Shown here: one piece after another, positions 59,045 to 64,000 of the stretch
How the letters are laid out: each line of letters opens with the position of its first letter
Position numbering within the stretch: the stretch's first letter is position 1
Origin: Macrostomum hystrix
Lineage: Eukaryota > Animalia > Platyhelminthes
NCBI GenBank assembly: GCA_950097015.1
Contig: CATNEN010000031.1
Location: 682,001 to 746,000, forward strand
Direction of reading: 5' to 3'
Length of the DNA stretch: 64,000 nt
Translations under genes and position numbers: made by a program
The notes under the pieces: model-generated
Seen by the model: only the letters and a program-made list of their open reading frames with translations
Databases searched by the model: none
Told to the model about the DNA's origin: nothing

Positions 59045-59950
59045 GGGAGAGGTGTGCAGAGATGTGCAGAGGTTGACAGAGGTGTACAGAGGCGTACAGA
59101 AGTGTAAAGAGGTGTACAGAGGTGGACAGAGGTGCTCAGAGGTGGACAGAAGTGCTCAGAGGTGGACAGAGGAGTACAGAGGTGGACAAAGGTGTTTAGA
59201 GGTGGACAGAGGAGTACAGAGGTGGACAAAGGTGCTCAGAGGTGGACAGAAGTGCTCAGAGGTGGACAGAGGAGTACAGAGGTGGACAAAGGTGCTCAGA
59301 GGTGGACAGAGGAGTACAGAGGTGGACAAATGTGCTCAGAGGTGGACAGAAGTGCTCAGAGGTGGACAGAGGAGTACAGAGGTGGACAAATGTGCTCAGA
59401 GGTGGACAGAGGAGTACAGAGGTGGACAAATGTGCTCAGAGGTGGACAGAGGAGTACAGAGGTGGACAAATGTGCTCAGAGGTGGACAGAAGTGCTCAGA
59501 GGTGGACAGAGGAGTACAGAGGTGGACAAATGTGCTCAGAGGTGGACAGAGGAGTACAGAGGTGGACAAATGTGCTCAGAGGTGGACAGAGGAGTACAGA
59601 GGTGGACAAATGTGCTCAGAGGTGGACAGAGGAGTACAGAGGTGGACAAATGTGCTCAGAGGTGGACAGAAGTGCTCAGAGGTGGACAGAGGAGTACAGA
59701 GGTGGACAAATGTGCTCAGAGGTGGACAGAGGAGTACAGAGGTGGACAAATGTGCTCAGAGGTGGACAGAGGAGTACAGAGGTGGACAAATGTGCTCAGA
59801 GGTGGACAGAGGAGTACAGAGGTGGACAAATGTGCTCAGAGGTGGACAGAAGTGCTCAGAGGTGGACAGAGGAGTACAGAGGTGGACAAATGTGCTCAGA
59901 GGTGGACAGAAGTGCTCAGAGGTGGACAGAGGAGTACAGGGGTGGACATG
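59045..59950. repeat. 20-bp composite minisatellite (GAGGTGGACA plus one of three 10-bp halves) with 180-bp higher-order period
   Basis: Direct tandem copies; lines starting at 59461, 59641 and 59821 begin identically. Confidence 0.95.
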
Positions 59951-60884
59951 TGTGGACACCTCCTGACCTAAAGGCGGGTCAAAGGCTTGGCTTATACTTC
60001 TATTCTGTTTAACCTATATTTTCAACTGTAAATCCAAAAAGCTGTCTGTTTGTGGCGATCTGCAGCATGCAAAATACTTAACGCAGAGAAACCCAGTTCG
60101 GAATGTTTCACAAAGGCCCTGGAAACCACGGAAGACCAGCAAAAAATAATTTTCTTAACAGACAGAACTGCGCATGCGGGGTGAAGGCCAGCTGACTTAG
60201 TCAAAGATAATCTGACTTTGGCAAATCGGATTACTGGCCCTCGATTTCTTAAAGCAATTCTATCTTCTAAAGGCAATTTTCGCCGTAAATTCGGAAAGGA
60301 GGAGACTCGGGGCAAAGCACGCTCGCTAGACTTTGTGGGAATGAAACGAAAGGGGAAGTCCCATTCTAACCCTTGTCCCCTAATCCCCTGCTCGCTGCAA
60401 TGACTCAGCGACGGACGATACCACAGAGTGAAAGTAGGGGGAGAGCAGTGCATTGGGTGGAGAAGCGAGTGGCGTGTGCCCAGAAACCCTTCCGCAGCTC
60501 CTCGGTTGTCCTCGGGAGGCTCCGCTTTGACCCCGGTGCGTCCTGCAGGTCGCATATTGAAGGTGGGTGGCAGCGGCGAACAAACAGAAATTGATTTCAT
60601 TTTTCCTTTCAGCTCAAACCTAATTTCAAGGCTCACTTGGAAGCTATGAAAATAAACAAGCAAAATTCAAAGAGAATTAAGAATGCCTTGGCGATCTATG
60701 TACTGCTTTCAAAACTTCTTTGAATGATAGAGACTTAGGTATTGATTCATATTGAATTAGATAGCACTAATGCCTGTGGACTACTACTCGCCTATTTTAT
60801 TAGTAGTATGGGAAATTTAAAGTTGACATTTCGTCTTAGTAAATGATTTATAATTAATACTGAAACTCACCATGGACACAATTT

Positions 60885-62890
60885 CTAGTCTCTGTGATCC
60901 CACACAATCTCTACTCTCTCTGATCCCACACAATCTCTACTCTCTGATGCCAGACAATTTCTACTCTCTTTCAGTCTCTGATCCCACACAATCTCTACTC
61001 TCTCTGATCCCACACAATCTCTACTCTCTCTGATCCCACACAATCTCTACTCTCTCTGATCCCACACAATCTCTACTCTCTCTGATCCCACACAATCTCT
61101 ACTCTCTCTGATCCCACACAATCTCTACTCTCTCTGATCCCACACAATCTCTACTCTCTCTGATCCCACACAATCTCTACTCTCTCTGATCCCACACAAT
61201 CTCTACTCTCAATTATCCTAAATAATCTCTACTCTCTATTATCCTACACAATCTCTACTCTCTCTGATCCCAGACAATCGCTACTCTCTATTATCCTAAA
61301 TAATCTCTACTCTCTCTGATCCCACACAATCTCTACTCTCAATTATCCTAAATAATCTCTACTCTCTATTATCCTACACAATCTCTACTCTCTCTGATCC
61401 CACACAATCTTTACTCTCTCTGATCCCCCACAATCTCTACTCTCTCTGATCCCAGACAATCTCTACTCTCTCTGATCCCACACAATCTCTACTCTCTCTG
61501 ATCCCACACAATCTCTACTCTCTCTGATCCCAGACAATCTCTACTCTCTCTGATCCCAGACAATCTCTACTCTCAATTATCCTACACAATCTCTACTCTC
61601 TATGACCCCACACAATCTCTACTCTCTATGATCCCACACAATCTCTACTCTCTATGATCCCACACAATCTCTACTCTCTATGACACCACACAATCTCTAC
61701 TCTCTCTGATCCCAGACAATCTCTACTCTCAATTATCCTACATAATCTCTACTCTCTATTATCCTACACAATCTCTACTCTCTATGACCCCACACAATCT
61801 CTACTCTCTCTGATCCCAGACAATCTCTACTCTCAATTATCCTACACAATCTCTACTCTCTATGACCCCACACAATCTCTACTCTCTATGATCCCACACA
61901 ATCTCTACTCTCTATGATCCCACACAATCTCTACTCTCTATGACACCACACAATCTCTACTCTCTCTGATCCCAGACAATCTCTACTCTCAATTATCCTA
62001 CATAATCTCTACTCTCTATTATCCTACACAATCTCTACTCTCTATGACCCCACACAATCTCTACTCTCTCTGATCCCAGACAATCTCTACTCTCAATTAT
62101 CCTACATAATCTCTACTCTCTATTATCCCACACAATCTCTACTCTCTCTGATCCCAGACAATCTTTACTCTCCCTGATCCCACACAATCTCTACTCTCTC
62201 TGATCCCAGGCAATCTCTGCTCTCAATTATCCTACATAATCTCTACTCTCTATTATCCCACACAATCTCTACTCTCTCTGATCCCAGACAATCTTTACTC
62301 TCCCTGATCCCACACAATCTCTACTCTCTCTGATCCCACACAATCTCTACTCTCTCTGATCCCCCACAATCTCTACTCTCTCTGATCCCACACAATCTCT
62401 ACTCTCTCTGATCCCACACAATCTCTACTCTCTCTGATCCCACACAATCTCTACTCTCTCTGATCCCAGACAATCTCTACTCTCCCTGATCCCACACAAT
62501 CTCTACTCTCTCTGATCCCACACAATCTCTACTCTCTCTGATCCCAGACAATCTCTACTCTCTCTGATCCCAGACAATCTCTACTCTCTCTGATCCCACA
62601 CAATCTCTACTCTCTCTGATCCCAGACAATCTCTACTCTCTCTGATCCCAGACAATCTCTACTCTCTCTGATCCCAGACAATCTCTACTCTCTCTGATCC
62701 CAGACAATCTCTACTCTCTATTATCCTACACAATCTCTACTCTCTATTATCCTACACAATCTCTACTCTCTATTATCCTACACAATCTCTACTCTCTATG
62801 ATCCCAGACAATCTCTACTCTCTCTGATCCCAGACAATCTCTACTCTCTATTATCCTACACAATCTCTACTCTCTATGATCCCACACAAT
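60885..62890. repeat. 26-bp minisatellite (GATCCCACACAATCTCTACTCTCTCT)n
   Basis: Direct tandem copies with variant blocks. Confidence 0.96.
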
Positions 62891-63314
62891 CCCTATTCTC
62901 AAAGAGTGTTCAATCTCTATTCATTTGTTATTTGGCTAGTTTAGTTGGTTTTGTCTCCTGGATGTAGAGCAGAAAATGACCTAGCAACCGACTAAATTCG
63001 CAAATGAAGACATCCCACTGACCAAATAGGTGACAGTCTGCGGACGCGGCTCAGTGAATCCACCAGTGCAGCGAAATTGCTTAATTCTCTCTTCAAAAGG
63101 CAGCCTTGATAAGCAGGGTTACGCAACTCAGCCACGGGCGATAGCGGGCAATCGGTGGGGCTTATTATTTTAATTGCCCAATCTACTAAGCGATTTCTAC
63201 CAGTCCTCATCACCCAATCAGTCACTTCCGTATTTAGCATCTAAATCTTGAGTCTCACGGTTCTATGCTCAAAATGGTTAAATCTGTCCAGTCAAGGAAA
63301 TTCTGCGTATTATG

Positions 63315-63361
63315 CAGGGACAACTAAAACCCTCTAAAACCCAGGGTTTTAGTTGTCCCTG
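63315..63361. mobile_element. 47-bp hAT-type mini-element (perfect 19-bp TIRs, perfect 8-bp TSD)
   Basis: GTATTATG (63307-63314) | CAGGGACAACTAAAACCCT - CTAAAACCC - AGGGTTTTAGTTGTCCCTG | GTATTATG (63362-63369). Confidence 0.85.
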
Positions 63362-64000
63362 GTATTATGTTGAACGTACAACTTTGACCATAGAACCCCA
63401 TAAACACCTAAACACCATTCACACCCAATTTATGGCACCCAGTAGTATTATTCATTTATTAGTTTCATGGTAAGCTCATTCCTACATCATAGCATCTATA
63501 TCTACGCGCATCTCTATCTCTTGCCATCTCTCACCACTACATAGATGACAGATTTAGAAGTCCCTGTAGCAAACTATGTTATACTCGCACTCACACTTGA
63601 AACTCGTGTGCGAATCTTTAGGACTTGCAGCTGGAACCATTTGTTGCTGGGGTCATCGAGCTCACTCCACGCGGGCGGTCTGGTTTATTACTTCTCTTGA
63701 GAACAGGTCTGCTACTCTCAGCTCGGGTCACCGCCGGCTGCCCAGATGGCGGAGACTCCAGAGGAAAGCCTTGTTGCTGAGGCACGCGTTTGTGGTTCGA
63801 GGCAGCTGCCGACGCTGAGGGACCGTCTGCTCCCCTCCATGCGGACTGCGAACCCAGCGTGAGAATCCCTCCACCCCAAGGGAGAGAAAGACTCACCCAC
63901 GTGCGGGCGCGGACTGCGGGGTTGGCAGGGGAGGCTCGTGGCGTCCGACGCGACCTCCACCCCCTCCGCCCAGGTGACGCCGGTCCTATGGGAGCGATAG

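Noticed and set aside
59007-60012. Three long overlapping ORFs and a CRISPR-like constant/variable alternation
   Set aside because: The variable parts are only three recurring 10-mers, not unique spacers; no cas genes; eukaryotic context.
63576-64000. GC-rich segment at the window end, possible exon or retroelement
   Set aside because: No recognisable motif in any frame and truncated by the window edge; cannot be called.

Overview
This is eukaryotic (animal) genomic DNA: GC-rich spliced exons, AT-rich introns and intergenic DNA, and roughly a quarter of the window in tandem arrays. The style resembles a Macrostomum-like flatworm, but that is inference and not provable from the window. There are six protein-coding loci: (1) a PAN2 deadenylase-subunit gene (minus, 4 phase-consistent exons; only the WD40 and linker part is recoverable); (2) a DEG/ENaC channel with the whole channel in one exon (minus) and non-canonical gating and filter residues; (3) a complete 9-exon FAM184A/B-like coiled-coil gene (minus); (4) a divergently transcribed 3-exon ankyrin-repeat/SOCS-box (ASB-like) gene; (5) a 6-exon, ~1849-aa secreted mosaic protein (signal peptide, ~11 antistasin-like Cys repeats, Ser/Ala linker, VWA, coiled coil, two copies of an unassigned domain, and a ~290-aa silk-like (AGAGAS)n tail), which is the most novel-looking element; (6) an intronless 564-aa orphan ORF. 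Mobile DNA comprises a decayed mariner, three hAT-type non-autonomous elements with 8-bp TSDs (one only 47 bp, one nested in a SINE), a tRNA-derived SINE family (4 copies) and CORE-like SINE fragments. About 25 mini/microsatellites are present, some built from splice-site sequence, some with higher-order structure, and one carrying a CCAAT box per unit. All exon boundaries and repeat periods were derived by hand; no database searches were run.
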